The position numbers and the translations under genes are program-made. From the NCBI GenBank assembly GCA_964423285.1, contig CAYREI010000003.1, positions 1 to 47,029 on the forward strand: a stretch of DNA of 47,029 nucleotides, given 5' to 3'. Every line of letters begins with the position of its first letter. The stretch's first letter is position 1. The stretch comes from an uncultured Pseudomonadales bacterium. GTDB lineage: Bacteria > Patescibacteriota > Microgenomatia > UBA1400 > PJMF01. Below are positions 35,809 to 46,700 of this stretch, in pieces. The notes beneath the pieces were generated by a model, which saw only the letters and a list, made by a program, of their open reading frames with translations, did no database searches and was not told the DNA's origin.

Positions 35809-36435
35809 CTATTGATAACTGACTGAAAGAATTTTATCGCCTTGTTCAATTTGATTAAGTACTTCGATGCCATTAGTAACCTCACCAAAGACAGCATGTT
35901 TTCCATCTAACCAAGGTGTAGCTTCGTAAGTGATAAAAAATTGACTTCCGCCAGTATTAGGACCAGAGTTTGCCATTGAGACGATTCCCGCTTTATCATG
36001 CACTAATTCAGGATGAAACTCGTCAGCTATTTGATAGCCAGGATCACCCGTACCCCAGCGAGCTTCCATATCTGGATTTTTAGTTAAAGGATCTCCGACT
36101 TGCACCATGAAGTTTTCAATAACTCGGTGAAAAATAATTCCATCATAGAAACCATCTTTAGCCAAGTTTAGGAAATTGAGGGTGGTTAGGGGAGCCTGAT
36201 CTCTAAAAAGAGTAAAAGTAATATCTCCTTTAGAGGTGTTTAGAGTAGCCTGAGTAGCTTCGATAGGTTCAAAGTCTTGTATGGTTTTCATTATATTTTC
36301 CTTTTGTTGTACTTGATTCTGTTCGAGATTAATATTTTTAGTTAATTTTATATTTTGCTCCGTAACTTTTTTTGTGCAACCAGTTAGGAGAACACTACTG
36401 GCTAAAATTAAAATAGTTAAATTAATTTTTTCCAT
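35809..36435 (-). CDS. Cyclophilin-type peptidyl-prolyl cis-trans isomerase, lipoprotein
   Basis: Lipobox LLTGC; [32 protein letters not shown] and [11 protein letters not shown]. Confidence 0.9.
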   Translation of the reverse strand: MEKINLTILILASSVLLTGCTKKVTEQNIKLTKNINLEQNQVQQKENIMKTIQDFEPIEATQATLNTSKGDITFTLFRDQAPLTTLNFLNLAKDGFYDGIIFHRVIENFMVQVGDPLTKNPDMEARWGTGDPGYQIADEFHPELVHDKAGIVSMANSGPNTGGSQFFITYEATPWLDGKHAVFGEVTNGIEVLNQIEQGDKILSVSYQ

Positions 36436-36437
36436 AT

Positions 36438-37754
36438 CTAGAGAGTATAAAGGTTTTGGCGTTGTTTGTCCCAGTACTTATTTTGTCGACAGAGAAGCTT
36501 GGTAGCTTGTTCTGGATATTTCATAATAGCTTTGACAATAATTTCTAGAAAGATAGTATTTTGTGAGCCTTTGATTAGAATCAAGTCATGAGGTTCAATT
36601 ATTTTTTCAATATCTTTAATTGCTTCATGAGCAGTGGCAAAAGAATAAATTTTAGTTTCAGCAAATTTTAGCTTTTTTAGTTTAGGAAGAACATGTTTTG
36701 CTGTTAATGGTCCGATTAATATTATCTGGTTAGAATTTTTAGCTGCCACCTCGGCTAATTTTTCATGATCTGCTTTTTCTTGCTTGCCAATTTCGCGCAT
36801 GTCTCCTAGAATAGCAATTTTTTTACCTCGTACAGAGATATCATTTAACACATTAAGTGCTGCTACAGCTGGTTCTAGAGATGAGTTGTACGAGGAGTCA
36901 ATAATGATAGATTCATTGATTCCTTTAATTAGAGTTGATCTGCCAGGAAGGAGTTTGAAGTTTGCTTCTAAAGATTCAATCCCTTGTTTAATTTCTATTC
37001 CTAGATTTTTACCAATCATTAATGCAGTCGCGAATCCGCCAAATGATTCTTTGGATAGCAGTTGATTTTTGATATTAAGCAAATATTGTTTTCCAGAATT
37101 AATAAAAACAAACTCAGTTCCTTTGAGGCTGACTCGATATTTTAATAATTGCATATTAGCTGATTGATTGATCGAAAAACTTAATTTTTTTGCGATAACA
37201 TTTTTTGATAGATTCAAGATTGAGTCGTGATCTTTGGAATAAATAGCTAATCCGTTTTTAGGTAATGAAAGCAATAGTTTACCTTTTTCAGCGGTAATAG
37301 CTTCAATCGTATTTGGTCCTGAAAAATTTTGCCCATGAACATGATCAACATTTAAAAATACTCCAATAATAGGTTGAATTATTTTTAATAAATATGTCAT
37401 GTTTTTAGGGGCTTGATCGCTATCGATACCCATCTCTACTACCAACAACTCATATTTTGGCCAATAAGTAATGAGCCTCCACAAGCTCAGCATTATTACC
37501 AATAACCAATCTAAACCCACCCAATCTTTTACTGGAATATTTAAAATTTCAAAAGGAATTCCAGTTTCACTGTTGCCGGTGAGGGTGCTCTTGACTGAGT
37601 ACTTAGTTTTTAATACTTCATTTATGGCTCTGACAGTACTAGTTTTACCAGCGCTACCAGTTACGCCGATGATAGTAGGATTATTTTTTTTTAACTGCAG
37701 GTTTGCCGCTAAGCGTAGCCATCTCAAAATAATTTTTTCAAGTGCTATTTTCAT
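36438..37754 (-). CDS. murF: Mur ligase family protein, probable UDP-MurNAc-tripeptide--D-Ala-D-Ala ligase with a short N-terminus
   Basis: P-loop [11 protein letters not shown] already at residues ~31-40; NVDHVHG; C-terminal [12 protein letters not shown]-coupled directly after ddl. Confidence 0.65.
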   Translation of the reverse strand: MKIALEKIILRWLRLAANLQLKKNNPTIIGVTGSAGKTSTVRAINEVLKTKYSVKSTLTGNSETGIPFEILNIPVKDWVGLDWLLVIMLSLWRLITYWPKYELLVVEMGIDSDQAPKNMTYLLKIIQPIIGVFLNVDHVHGQNFSGPNTIEAITAEKGKLLLSLPKNGLAIYSKDHDSILNLSKNVIAKKLSFSINQSANMQLLKYRVSLKGTEFVFINSGKQYLLNIKNQLLSKESFGGFATALMIGKNLGIEIKQGIESLEANFKLLPGRSTLIKGINESIIIDSSYNSSLEPAVAALNVLNDISVRGKKIAILGDMREIGKQEKADHEKLAEVAAKNSNQIILIGPLTAKHVLPKLKKLKFAETKIYSFATAHEAIKDIEKIIEPHDLILIKGSQNTIFLEIIVKAIMKYPEQATKLLCRQNKYWDKQRQNLYTL

Positions 37755-38803
37755 GGTTGATACTCATAGGAAAGTTGCTGTTTTTCTCGCCATCGTTCTT
37801 CAGCAAACTCTAATAATTTAGTAATTAAATCTGTGTAAGTAAGATCAGTTTTTTCCCACAATTTAGGATACATACTAATAGAAGTAAAACCAGGCAGGGT
37901 GTTAACTTCATTTAGGAAATATTTGCCAGTTTGAGGTTGGTAAAAGAAATCAACCCTAGCCAACCCAATACAGTCTAAAGCTTTAAATGTATTAACAGCA
38001 ATTTGTCTAATTTTTTTAGCAACTTTTTGAGGAATATTTGCAGGGATGGATATTTTAATATCATCAGTAATGTATTTAGTTTCATAGTCATAAAATTCTG
38101 TATTGGGGATAATTTCTCCACAAACAGATGCTTTAGGCTCATGATTTCCTAAGACTGAAACTTCAATTTCTTTAATGTCATTTACGCTTTCTTCAACAAT
38201 GATTTTATGGTCATATTTGAGAGCTTCGAGAATACCATCTTTTAAATCATTTTTAGATTTAATTTTAGTTACTCCTACGCTTGAGCCCATATTAGCAGGC
38301 TTGGTAAATAAAGGATATTGAAGTTGTTGATTAATATTTTTAGTTATCAGCTCAGGAATATTTTGCCATTCATGGCTAGAAAAACCAACATATTTTGTTT
38401 GAGGGATGTTATAAAAAGCGCAGACTTGCTTTTGAATAATTTTATCCATTGATAGAGCAGAGCCTAACACCCTAGGCCCAACATAAGCCACATTTAATAA
38501 TTCTAGTAATCCTTGCATGGTGCCATCTTCACCATTGGGTCCATGTAAAATCGGAAAAATGATATCAGCTTTTAAAATTTGTTTATCAGGAATAAGTGAA
38601 GGATTTTTGGGCAAGCTTACTTTGCCGTCTTTAGTTACACTGGCAATGGTAGGGCCAAAATGCCAGTAACCTTGGCGAGTAATGCCCATAGCAGTAGTTT
38701 TAAACAAAGTAGGGTTAATGTTTTTTTCAATAGAAGTAGCAGATTTGACTGAAACTTCATGCTCTCCCGATTTACCGCCAAAGATGATGAGAACATTTTT
38801 CAT
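37751..38803 (-). CDS. ddl: D-alanine--D-alanine ligase
   Basis: IFGGKSGEHEVSVKSA, HGPNGEDGTMQGLLE, ATP-grasp core and NEVNTLPGFT. Confidence 0.9.
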   Translation of the reverse strand: MKNVLIIFGGKSGEHEVSVKSATSIEKNINPTLFKTTAMGITRQGYWHFGPTIASVTKDGKVSLPKNPSLIPDKQILKADIIFPILHGPNGEDGTMQGLLELLNVAYVGPRVLGSALSMDKIIQKQVCAFYNIPQTKYVGFSSHEWQNIPELITKNINQQLQYPLFTKPANMGSSVGVTKIKSKNDLKDGILEALKYDHKIIVEESVNDIKEIEVSVLGNHEPKASVCGEIIPNTEFYDYETKYITDDIKISIPANIPQKVAKKIRQIAVNTFKALDCIGLARVDFFYQPQTGKYFLNEVNTLPGFTSISMYPKLWEKTDLTYTDLITKLLEFAEERWREKQQLSYEYQP

Positions 38804-38818
38804 AGGACTATTATAGTT

Positions 38819-40222
38819 TTATTTCCTCATAATTTCATAACTCTCTAGATGTTTTAGGAAAATTGCGGGCGCATCTTCTAGTAAAAATTGTTGAAATTCT
38901 TGGTAGATGGCTTTGCGTTCATTTTTTTCAGCAGTTTTACGACCTTTTTCTAGAAGAGCATCAATCCGAGTATTTTTATATTTGGTGAAATTAGTACCCT
39001 GCTCAGAGTGCCAAAGATGATATTGATCGGGGTCAGGAGGGATTTCTTGGCCTAATAAAAGAACTTGAAAATTATTAGTATCAGGGAAGTTAGTAATTCT
39101 AATATCAACCTTAATTTGAGTATTTACGCACTGATCCTTGTCTGTGATTGATTTTTCCTCAAGACAAGCTTGATAGGCGTGCTTTCCAAATTCTTCCCAT
39201 TCTTTTTTAATGTTCTCTGCATCAGAAGTAAAGTTATAGGTGGTGGTAAGCTCAATATTGAGAGGCTCAAATGGAATTTCATCCAGGAGTCTCTCAGTAG
39301 CTCTATCTAAATCTTTAGTATAAGATTTTTCCCCTTCTAAATAAGCCCAAGAATTCGGATTAATTGGACCATAGGCTCTAATTTTTCCTCGCGGTTTTGT
39401 AATGGCATAAGATAATGACTTTCGAACATTCTTAGGAAAAAATGGGTGGGAGTTGTTAAAGAATACTGCTAGATAACGATCTTCATGAATATTTGAAGAA
39501 ATTTTTACATTGGGCCAATTTGAGACATCATAACTAGAAGAAAGATCAGGCAATTCATCTACCTCACCTCTTTTAAAAGCCAAGATAGCTTCATCTTCAG
39601 TAAAATAAAAACGATAGATAATTTTTTCTTTTGGTCCACTTACGATTACTTCTTTAAGTTTTTGTCCATCTTGTTGATAATTTTCTAATATGTAAGAACC
39701 AATTCCAATTAACATTGGTCGTTTAAAAAATAAAAGATATTTTTTTTGAACAATTTTAAAAACAGGCTTGGCTACCGTAGTTGGAAATGGTACAAATTCG
39801 TCTGGTAGTTTAAAAATAATATCGTTTGGAGTAGTAACTATTTCTACTTCTGGCAATTGATATTTTATGTCTGCAGGCTTTATTTCTTTACCGTCTTGCC
39901 AATGAATATTTTTTTTGACTAAAAATCGATAAACCTTACCGCCATCTTCAATTGTCCAACGCTCTGCTAAATGAGGACTGACAGTGTTATCTTCCTCTAT
40001 TTTAGTTAGTCCAGCGCTAAGCTGATTTTGAATAAATATAGGTAAATTATTTAAGCTATATTTACCCACTAAACCAACATATCGACGCGGTTTTTGCTCA
40101 ATTTTTTGAGCAATAGAGGAGATAGAGAAGGAAAAAATAATTAGAGCACCAATAATCGATGTTCCTAATACCCAACCGTGTTTTTTAAAATAAGTAGTAA
40201 TATACCAATACAGTTTACGCAT
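38819..40222 (-). CDS. Family-5 extracellular solute-binding protein (peptide/nickel type), TM-anchored
   Basis: N-terminal TM; LAERWTIEDGGKVYRFLVKKNIHWQDGKEIKPADI is typical of the SBP_bac_5 N-lobe. No cognate permease or ATPase genes are adjacent. Confidence 0.7.
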   Translation of the reverse strand: MRKLYWYITTYFKKHGWVLGTSIIGALIIFSFSISSIAQKIEQKPRRYVGLVGKYSLNNLPIFIQNQLSAGLTKIEEDNTVSPHLAERWTIEDGGKVYRFLVKKNIHWQDGKEIKPADIKYQLPEVEIVTTPNDIIFKLPDEFVPFPTTVAKPVFKIVQKKYLLFFKRPMLIGIGSYILENYQQDGQKLKEVIVSGPKEKIIYRFYFTEDEAILAFKRGEVDELPDLSSSYDVSNWPNVKISSNIHEDRYLAVFFNNSHPFFPKNVRKSLSYAITKPRGKIRAYGPINPNSWAYLEGEKSYTKDLDRATERLLDEIPFEPLNIELTTTYNFTSDAENIKKEWEEFGKHAYQACLEEKSITDKDQCVNTQIKVDIRITNFPDTNNFQVLLLGQEIPPDPDQYHLWHSEQGTNFTKYKNTRIDALLEKGRKTAEKNERKAIYQEFQQFLLEDAPAIFLKHLESYEIMRK

Positions 40223-40268
40223 AATTTTATTATAATCGTTTCCAGCCTGATTAGCAGGGTATTTGTAT

Positions 40269-40484
40269 TTAAATTATGATAATAGTTAAAGATATACCGG
40301 CAAAAATAGTGATGGTGGTTATAGTAAAGTAGAAAAGTACTTTTTCTAATCCTCTTCGAGTGTGATAGGTTTCACCTCCACCACCCCAAGTGCTACCCAA
40401 ACCAGTTCCCTGAGCCTGAAGAAGAATAAGGGCGGTAATAATCACCGATAAAACTATTTGAGTAATGAGTAAAGTATTTTTCAC
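40269..40484 (-). CDS. secG: Preprotein translocase subunit SecG
   Basis: 71 aa, two TM helices flanking a Gly-rich loop (QAQGTGLGSTWGGGGE). Confidence 0.75.
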   Translation of the reverse strand: MKNTLLITQIVLSVIITALILLQAQGTGLGSTWGGGGETYHTRRGLEKVLFYFTITTITIFAGISLTIIII

Positions 40485-40518
40485 ATGTGCCCTTCCGGGT
40501 ATAAAGTTTAATTAGTTG

Positions 40519-42126
40519 TTATCTTGCTACTTCGTGGGATCTAGTTTCCCTAATAACAGTCACAGTGACAGTCCCAGGATAGGTAACGTTATCTTTAATT
40601 TCATCTCTTATTTTAGCTGCCAGTACCGTTACATCATCATCTTTAGATTTTTCAGGTCTTAGAATGACTCTGATTTCTCTTCCTGCTTGAATAGCATAAG
40701 ATTCAGCTACTTCTTCATAACTATTGGCAATGCTTTCTAATTTTTCTAATCTCTCTACATATTCTTCATAGTTATCATATCTAGCCCCTGGTCTTGCGCC
40801 TGAAATAGCATCAGCAATATAAACGACCATTTGTTCTGGTCCTGAAAATGATTCATCTTCGTGATGCTGAGCAATACAATCTATTACTTCTTGGGGAAGA
40901 TTATATTTTTTAGCAATTTTAATTCCCAATTCAACATGGCTTCCTTCGACTTCATCTGAAATTTTACCAATGTCGTGTAGTAAACAACCTAACTTAACAA
41001 CGTTTACATCAATACCTAACTCATGAGCTAATTTAATTCCGATTCGAGTTTCTTCTAAAGTGTGAGCAATTAGATTTTGACCATATGAAAAACGATATTT
41101 AAATCTACCTATCATTCCCATTAATTCATTGGGTAGGTTATAAACACCCACTTCGTGACAAAGTTTTTTCCCGGCTTCAAAAGTTACTTTGCCTATTTCT
41201 TTTTTAACTTTCTCTACTACTTCTTCAATTCTAGTAGGTTGAATGCGACCATCTTTAATTAACTTTTCTAAAGAAATACGGGCAATTTCTCTGCGCACTG
41301 GATCAAAACAAGATATCCTAACACTAGTTGGATCTGCATCTAGATCTACATCAACTCCAGTAATTTTTTCAAAAGCATGAATATTTCTGCCAGATTTACC
41401 AATAATTTTTCCCTTAACATCTTCAGAAGGAAGTTTGACAGTAGAAATAGTGTATTCGGCAACGTAGTCAGTTGCTCCATGTTTCATGGCGCCAACGATA
41501 ATTTCTTTTACTTTTTGATCAGCTTCTTGCTTAGCCTCTTCTTCTTTTTGTCTAATTAATTGGGCCATGTCTTTTCTTAAACGTTTTTCTAAATCAGTAA
41601 AAAGTTGAGCCTTGGCTTCTTCAGTAGTTAAACTGGAAGCTTTTTCTAATTTTTCTATAACTTCTGTTTCTTTTTGATCGGTTTGTTGTTTAAGCTTTTC
41701 AATTTGTCGACGTTGTGCATCTAAGCGTTCTTCTTTTTGATCAATAGCACTTAATCGATCTTCAATTTTTGATAATTTTAAATCAAGAGATTGTTGCTGT
41801 TGTTGGAGTTTTTTATTATGTTCTCGAGTATTGTTTTCTGCCTTAACTCTAATGGCTAGAGCCTCATTTTTTGCTTCAACAATAATTTCTCTAGCTTGGG
41901 CTCGAGTCTCTGCTGATGTATGTCTAGTTTCATTAGTACTAATATTTTTTTCAATATGGGAAGGTTTAGCTTTAACTACTTTTTTTGCTGGGACAGGTTT
42001 GGATTTAACTGCTTTTTTCTTTAAAGGGGTTGGGGGGATAGACTTGAGCTTGGGTTTAGCTACGGCCTGCCCTTTGCCTGTATCTTGAGTTCCAAATAAA
42101 GTTGATAGGTTGCTGAAAAATGACAT
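40519..42126 (-). CDS. rny: Ribonuclease Y (KH + HD domains) lacking a hydrophobic N-terminal anchor
   Basis: Coiled-coil region, KH motif GKIIGKSGRNI, HD motif LLHDIGK...QHHE. Strong AAGGAG RBS 4 nt before the ATG at 42126. Confidence 0.9.
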   Translation of the reverse strand: MSFFSNLSTLFGTQDTGKGQAVAKPKLKSIPPTPLKKKAVKSKPVPAKKVVKAKPSHIEKNISTNETRHTSAETRAQAREIIVEAKNEALAIRVKAENNTREHNKKLQQQQQSLDLKLSKIEDRLSAIDQKEERLDAQRRQIEKLKQQTDQKETEVIEKLEKASSLTTEEAKAQLFTDLEKRLRKDMAQLIRQKEEEAKQEADQKVKEIIVGAMKHGATDYVAEYTISTVKLPSEDVKGKIIGKSGRNIHAFEKITGVDVDLDADPTSVRISCFDPVRREIARISLEKLIKDGRIQPTRIEEVVEKVKKEIGKVTFEAGKKLCHEVGVYNLPNELMGMIGRFKYRFSYGQNLIAHTLEETRIGIKLAHELGIDVNVVKLGCLLHDIGKISDEVEGSHVELGIKIAKKYNLPQEVIDCIAQHHEDESFSGPEQMVVYIADAISGARPGARYDNYEEYVERLEKLESIANSYEEVAESYAIQAGREIRVILRPEKSKDDDVTVLAAKIRDEIKDNVTYPGTVTVTVIRETRSHEVAR

Positions 42127-42191
42127 CTGACTCCTTACTATAGTTACACATCATAAATATATAAATGATTACAACACACAATAAGATATAT

Positions 42192-42213
42192 AAAAGAGAT
42201 ATTTTACTCTTTT
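42192..42213 (-). terminator. Weak A/T-rich hairpin in the recA-rny spacer; possible recA terminator or rny leader structure
   Basis: AAAAGAG (42192-42198) pairs with CTCTTTT (42207-42213), 8-nt loop. No G/C-rich stem, so function is doubtful. Confidence 0.2.
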
Positions 42214-42353
42214 AAAGTAGTACTATCTGGAGCTAGATGAAGAAAACTAATACTAATAATAACTTGATACTTCATGTCTCTGATATTGTTATGCACTAAA
42301 TTACTTTATTGTGTGCAAAGTAGTCACTATTGTACTTAGCAACTATGTTTAAG

Positions 42354-43394
42354 TCAATGGAGTCCACTTTCTTTTTCCTTGATTTTTTTCTCAATTTCTT
42401 TTAGCAATTTTGAGTTTTCTTTTAAGACTACTTTGCTAGCTTCTCTTCCCTGAGCAATCACTTCTCCTTGATATTTATAAAAACTCCCAGATCTTTCGAG
42501 TACTTTATATTTAACTCCGACATCGATTACATCTCCAACCCAAGAAATACCATTTATATCCATGTCAAATTCGACCATCTTAAATGGAGGAGCGAGTTTA
42601 TTTTTCTTGACTTTGACTCGATGGCGACTTCCTATTATTTCTTCACCTTCTTGAATATTGCCAATTTTACGGATGTCTAAGCGCTGCGAAGCATAAAATT
42701 TAAGAGCATTTCCTCCAGTAGTTGTTTCGGGGCTACCAAACATAACACCGATTTTCATTCTGATTTGATTGGTGAAAATTACCAGCGTATTTGTTTTATT
42801 AATTGCTGCAGCCAATTTACGCATAGCTTGGGACATTAATCTAGCCTGACGACCAATTTGATGCTCACCCATCTCACCTTCGATTTCTGCTTTCGGCACT
42901 AAAGCTGCAACAGAATCTATAACCACTAGATCGACTCCACCAGACCTAATTAACGTTTCAGCTATTTCTAATGCTTGCTCTCCATAATCTGGTTGAGAAA
43001 TGAGCATGTCGTCAACATTAACTCCAATTTTTTCACCTCTAATTGGATCTAAACCATTTTCTACGTCGATAAAAGCTGCAGTTCCACCTTTTTTTTGAGC
43101 GTTAGCAATGGCATGTAAACAAAGTGTGGTTTTACCTGAAGCCTCAGGTCCATAAATTTCTACAATTCGACCACGAGGATATCCACCAATTCCCAATGCT
43201 AGGTCCAAAGAAAGTGAACCAGTTGAGATAGAGGGGAACTTTTTTTTAGATCTCATTGAGTCTCCCATTTTCATAATTGAGCCTTCACCATGTTGTTTTT
43301 CAATTTGCTGCATAGCAATATTGACTGCTTGATCTTTGCCAGATTCTTTTACTTTAACAGTATCTTGAATTTTTGTGCTTTTTTTCTTAGCCAT
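42354..43394 (-). CDS. recA: Recombinase RecA
   Basis: Walker [41 protein letters not shown] and [28 protein letters not shown]. Confidence 0.95.
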   Translation of the reverse strand: MAKKKSTKIQDTVKVKESGKDQAVNIAMQQIEKQHGEGSIMKMGDSMRSKKKFPSISTGSLSLDLALGIGGYPRGRIVEIYGPEASGKTTLCLHAIANAQKKGGTAAFIDVENGLDPIRGEKIGVNVDDMLISQPDYGEQALEIAETLIRSGGVDLVVIDSVAALVPKAEIEGEMGEHQIGRQARLMSQAMRKLAAAINKTNTLVIFTNQIRMKIGVMFGSPETTTGGNALKFYASQRLDIRKIGNIQEGEEIIGSRHRVKVKKNKLAPPFKMVEFDMDINGISWVGDVIDVGVKYKVLERSGSFYKYQGEVIAQGREASKVVLKENSKLLKEIEKKIKEKESGLH

Positions 43395-43538
43395 GATTTC
43401 CTTTCAGTTTGATTGGTTATTTTTGGGTTTTCTTTTGTTTATGTGAGATCATAGTACTGTATAATTAGATAGCTTAAAAGTATGAAACTAGTGTTTTATT
43501 ACTTAAAACGTAGTAGAACATAGAGATGGTTTCAAAAA

Positions 43539-43612
43539 CGGGCTGTGGCTCAGATGGCTAGAGCGCTCGCATGGGGTGCGAGAGGTCGCTGGTTCAAGTC
43601 CAGTCAGCCCGA
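43539..43612 (+). tRNA. tRNA-Pro (anticodon GGG)
   Basis: Hand-folded. Acceptor CGGGCTG/CAGCCCG (C1-G72, A73, as typical of bacterial tRNA-Pro); D stem GCTC/GAGC; anticodon stem CTCGC/GCGAG. Loop ATGGGGT has T33, GGG and G37. T stem GCTGG/CCAGT with TTCAAGT loop. No encoded CCA. Confidence 0.85.
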
Positions 43613-43613
43613 C

Positions 43614-43784
43614 ATGAGTTCAAAACAAAAACTAAATTCGCTGTATTCACAACAACGCAAATTAACTGCGGCTAGAAATAGTGTTAGTAATCCACGTTTA
43701 AAAAAGACTCTAGGGTTAAAACAACAGATGATGAGTCGAAGAATTGGTCGCTATCAGGCTCAACAAAAAGCAGGAAAGCGCTAA
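43614..43784 (+). CDS. Small basic protein (56 aa), hypothetical
   Basis: The ATG at 43614 is the first in-frame start outside the tRNA. TAATG stop/start overlap with the downstream helicase suggests translational coupling. Lys/Arg/Gln-rich, no family recognised. Confidence 0.4.
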   Translation: MSSKQKLNSLYSQQRKLTAARNSVSNPRLKKTLGLKQQMMSRRIGRYQAQQKAGKR

Positions 43785-46700
43785 TGCCAACCTTAAATCA
43801 GTTTCAAGCTGTTTATAAGCGACTCAATCCTCAACAAAAAAAAGCAGTAGACAATATTGAAGGTCCGGTAATGGTGGTGGCTGGTCCTGGAACAGGCAAA
43901 ACTCAGGTTTTAGCGGCTCGAATTGCTAACATTTTGCTTAAGACAGATACTAAACCACGTTCAATTTTAGCCCTGACTTTTACTGAGTCAGCAGCCAAAG
44001 AGATGCGTCAAAGATTAGTTAAAATGATTGGTAAAACTGGTTACTATGTCCAGATCAGTACTTTTCATGCCTTTTGTTCTCAAATAATTAAGATGCACCC
44101 AGAGTATTTTCCAATTGATCGTGGCAGTGAACCATTGAGCGATCTAGAGCGCTATGATATTTTCCAAAAAATTATTGATGATACAGATATTGAAGTAATT
44201 AAGCCTCTTAATCGCTCCTATTTTTATTTAACTGATATTATGTATGCCATCTCAAATTTAAAACGAGAGGGTTTTTTGCCAGCTGATTTTAAAGAGGTGG
44301 TTGTAAAAGAAGAACAACAGCTTAAAGCTGAAAAAGAAAAGCTAAAAAAGACTGAGCTTGCCAAGCGTCAGCGCAATTTAACTAAATGGCAAGAACTAAC
44401 TCAAATTTATGATAAGTATCAACAACGTCTAAGGTCTAGCTTACGTTACGACTTTGATGACATGATCGCTTTAGTTGTAGCAGCTTTTAATGAGCACGAG
44501 CTATTACTGCGAGAATATCAAGAAAATATTCACTATTTTTTAATTGATGAGTATCAGGACACTAACTCTGCTCAAAATAAAGTTGTTGATCAACTAGCTT
44601 CATATTGGGGGAATCAAGCTAATGTATTTGTAGTAGGTGATCCCAATCAATCTATCTATCGTTTTCAAGGCGCATCAGTTGAGAATGTCTTAGGATTTGT
44701 CAAAAACTATAAAAAAGCTACAATTATTACTTTAGATATTGGTTATCGTTGTTCACAAAATATTTATAACAGTGCGGCTAAACTTATTGGACAAAATCAA
44801 TTAACTGAAGTCAGTGAGCAGTTGACTAAATTTTCTTTTACAGACCCACTTAAAAGTCAAACTAAGCAGGAGTTTGAAATTAATCTCTATCAAGCTCCTT
44901 CACAGACATTGGAAACAATTTATATTGCAGAAGAAATCAAAAAATTGCAAAAGAAAGATATTCCACTAGATAAAATTGCAATTTTATATCGTCATAATCG
45001 GGATGTAGTTGAAATTCAGGAAACATTGAATAAGTGGGGTTTGAGTTATGAAATCGATGGAGGCAATGATCTATTGGAAAATGAAGCCATTCGACAACTA
45101 TTAACTTTTTTTCAGGTAATTAAGGATGCACGGATTGCAAAGGAAGATGAACGATTGTTTGAAATTATGCGTTATGAGTGGTTGGGATTAGATCAAGCTT
45201 TAGTGATGAAAGTAGGCAGAGCCGCAGGCAAAGCTAAGCTTAGCATTTTTGATCTAATTGAGTCTGGTTATTCAAAGTTTGCCAAGTATGATTTGGGGAA
45301 TAAAATTACTCCGTTAGAATTTGAACAGTTACCTATTTTTATTTCCAAGCTTCGTGATTGGGGAAGTTTAGATGCAAGAGTAGTTTTCCCAGAGTGGTTC
45401 GAACAGGTAATTAAAGAAAGTGAATTCTTGAATTGGGTACTTAATTCTGATTTAAAAGCTTCAGTTTTAATTCATCTCAATTCACTTTTTAGAGAAGTAA
45501 AAGCTTTGTCTCAAAGTAGATCTAGATTAAACTTAAAAGATTTTTTAGAAGCTATTGCGACTATGAAAGATCACGGCATTAAATTGAATGTTGAAGATTT
45601 AAATGTTAAACAAAACGCGGTTCATCTTTCTACAGTTCACAAAGCTAAAGGCTTAGAGTGGGATTATGTATTTTTAATGCATTGCTTAGATGGGAAATGG
45701 GGAAATAATCGAGTTAGAGAATTATTACCTTTGCCAGCAGGATTACTAAAAAATACTGATTTATCAGCCAAAGAACAAAATGAAGATGAGCGACGCTTAT
45801 TTTATGTGGCACTAACTCGTGCTAGAAAACGACTCACTATTTCATCTCCAGAAACTATTGTGACTGATAATCGAACCAAGGAAGTTATTGGGAGTATGTT
45901 TATTGAAGAACTCAAAGATACTGAGTCTAAATTAAAAACAATTTTTAAAAATATTAAAGCTCCAGAAATTATTAAAAATGCTGATATTTATTTAGCTAAA
46001 CTTTTAGAGTCAACTGAGATTAAAAAAATAAAAGTTTCAGAAAAAGATTTTTATCAAGAATTAGTCAAAGATTTTAAGTTGTCTGTGACAGCATTAAATA
46101 CTTATCTACGAAATCCAAAAGAATTTGTAGAAAATGTATTATTGAGGATTCCTAGGGCTAAGCCGGAGCCAATGGCTTTTGGGAGTGCAGTCCATCAGGC
46201 GTTGGAAAAATTATTTAAATACATCCAAGATGAAGGCCAAAAACCAGCTCTAAAAATATTTTTAGAGGAATTTAAAGAGTCGCTGACTAAAGAACTCATG
46301 ACTTCACAAAATTTTGATCGACGCTTAGATTATGGTCAAAATATTTTGACTGAATATTATCAGCAGTTAGATGAAACGGAAGTTGAGCCATTATTTATTG
46401 AACGCTTTTTTGGCTTTGGTTGGAGTAAAACTATTTTAGGCGATATTCATCTCACTGGTCGTATAGATCGAGTGGATTGGTTGGATAAAGAAAAAAAATT
46501 AGTTAAGGTAATTGATTATAAAACTGGTAAAGCTAAATCTGATAACTACATTGAAGGCAAGATAGTCTCTGCAGGTTTATCGCAACGAGAGCAACAACTT
46601 CCGGAGAGTATTAAAGGCCCATACAAGCGTCAGTTACTTTTTTATAAACTTTTAACAGATTTAGATGAGACCTTTATCCCTGTGGTGACGCAAGGAGAGT

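Noticed and set aside
40223-40268. Terminator hairpin after secG (CCTG-attag-CAGG)
   Set aside because: The stem is only 4 bp and has no T-run, which is too weak to call.
1772-42680. Antisense or overlapping short ORFs in the track: 1772-2029, 2535-2828, 6080-6325, 7660-8037, 11380-11664, 12138-12404, 14307-14579, 16582-16791, 19091-19330, 21375-21563, 22789-22995, 25024-25242, 25535-25720, 36784-37065, 37471-37821, 41377-41559, 41831-42088, 42468-42680
   Set aside because: Each lies entirely within a longer ORF that has clear family motifs on the opposite strand or in another frame. Their sequences are low-complexity, as expected for shadow frames in AT-rich DNA.
43455-43475. Possible LexA/SOS box upstream of recA (imperfect palindrome ATAGTACTGTAT); also shares the 8-mer CATAGTAC with the 33-nt repeat
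   Set aside because: It matches neither CTGT-N8-ACAG nor GAAC-N4-GTTC consensus and is only an 8/10 palindrome. An 8-mer match is expected by chance at this window size and base composition.
43545-43613. N-terminal part of the track ORF 43545-43784 (MAQMARALAWGARGRWFKSSQPD...)
   Set aside because: This portion is simply the tRNA-Pro gene read as protein. Only the part from ATG 43614 is plausible coding sequence.
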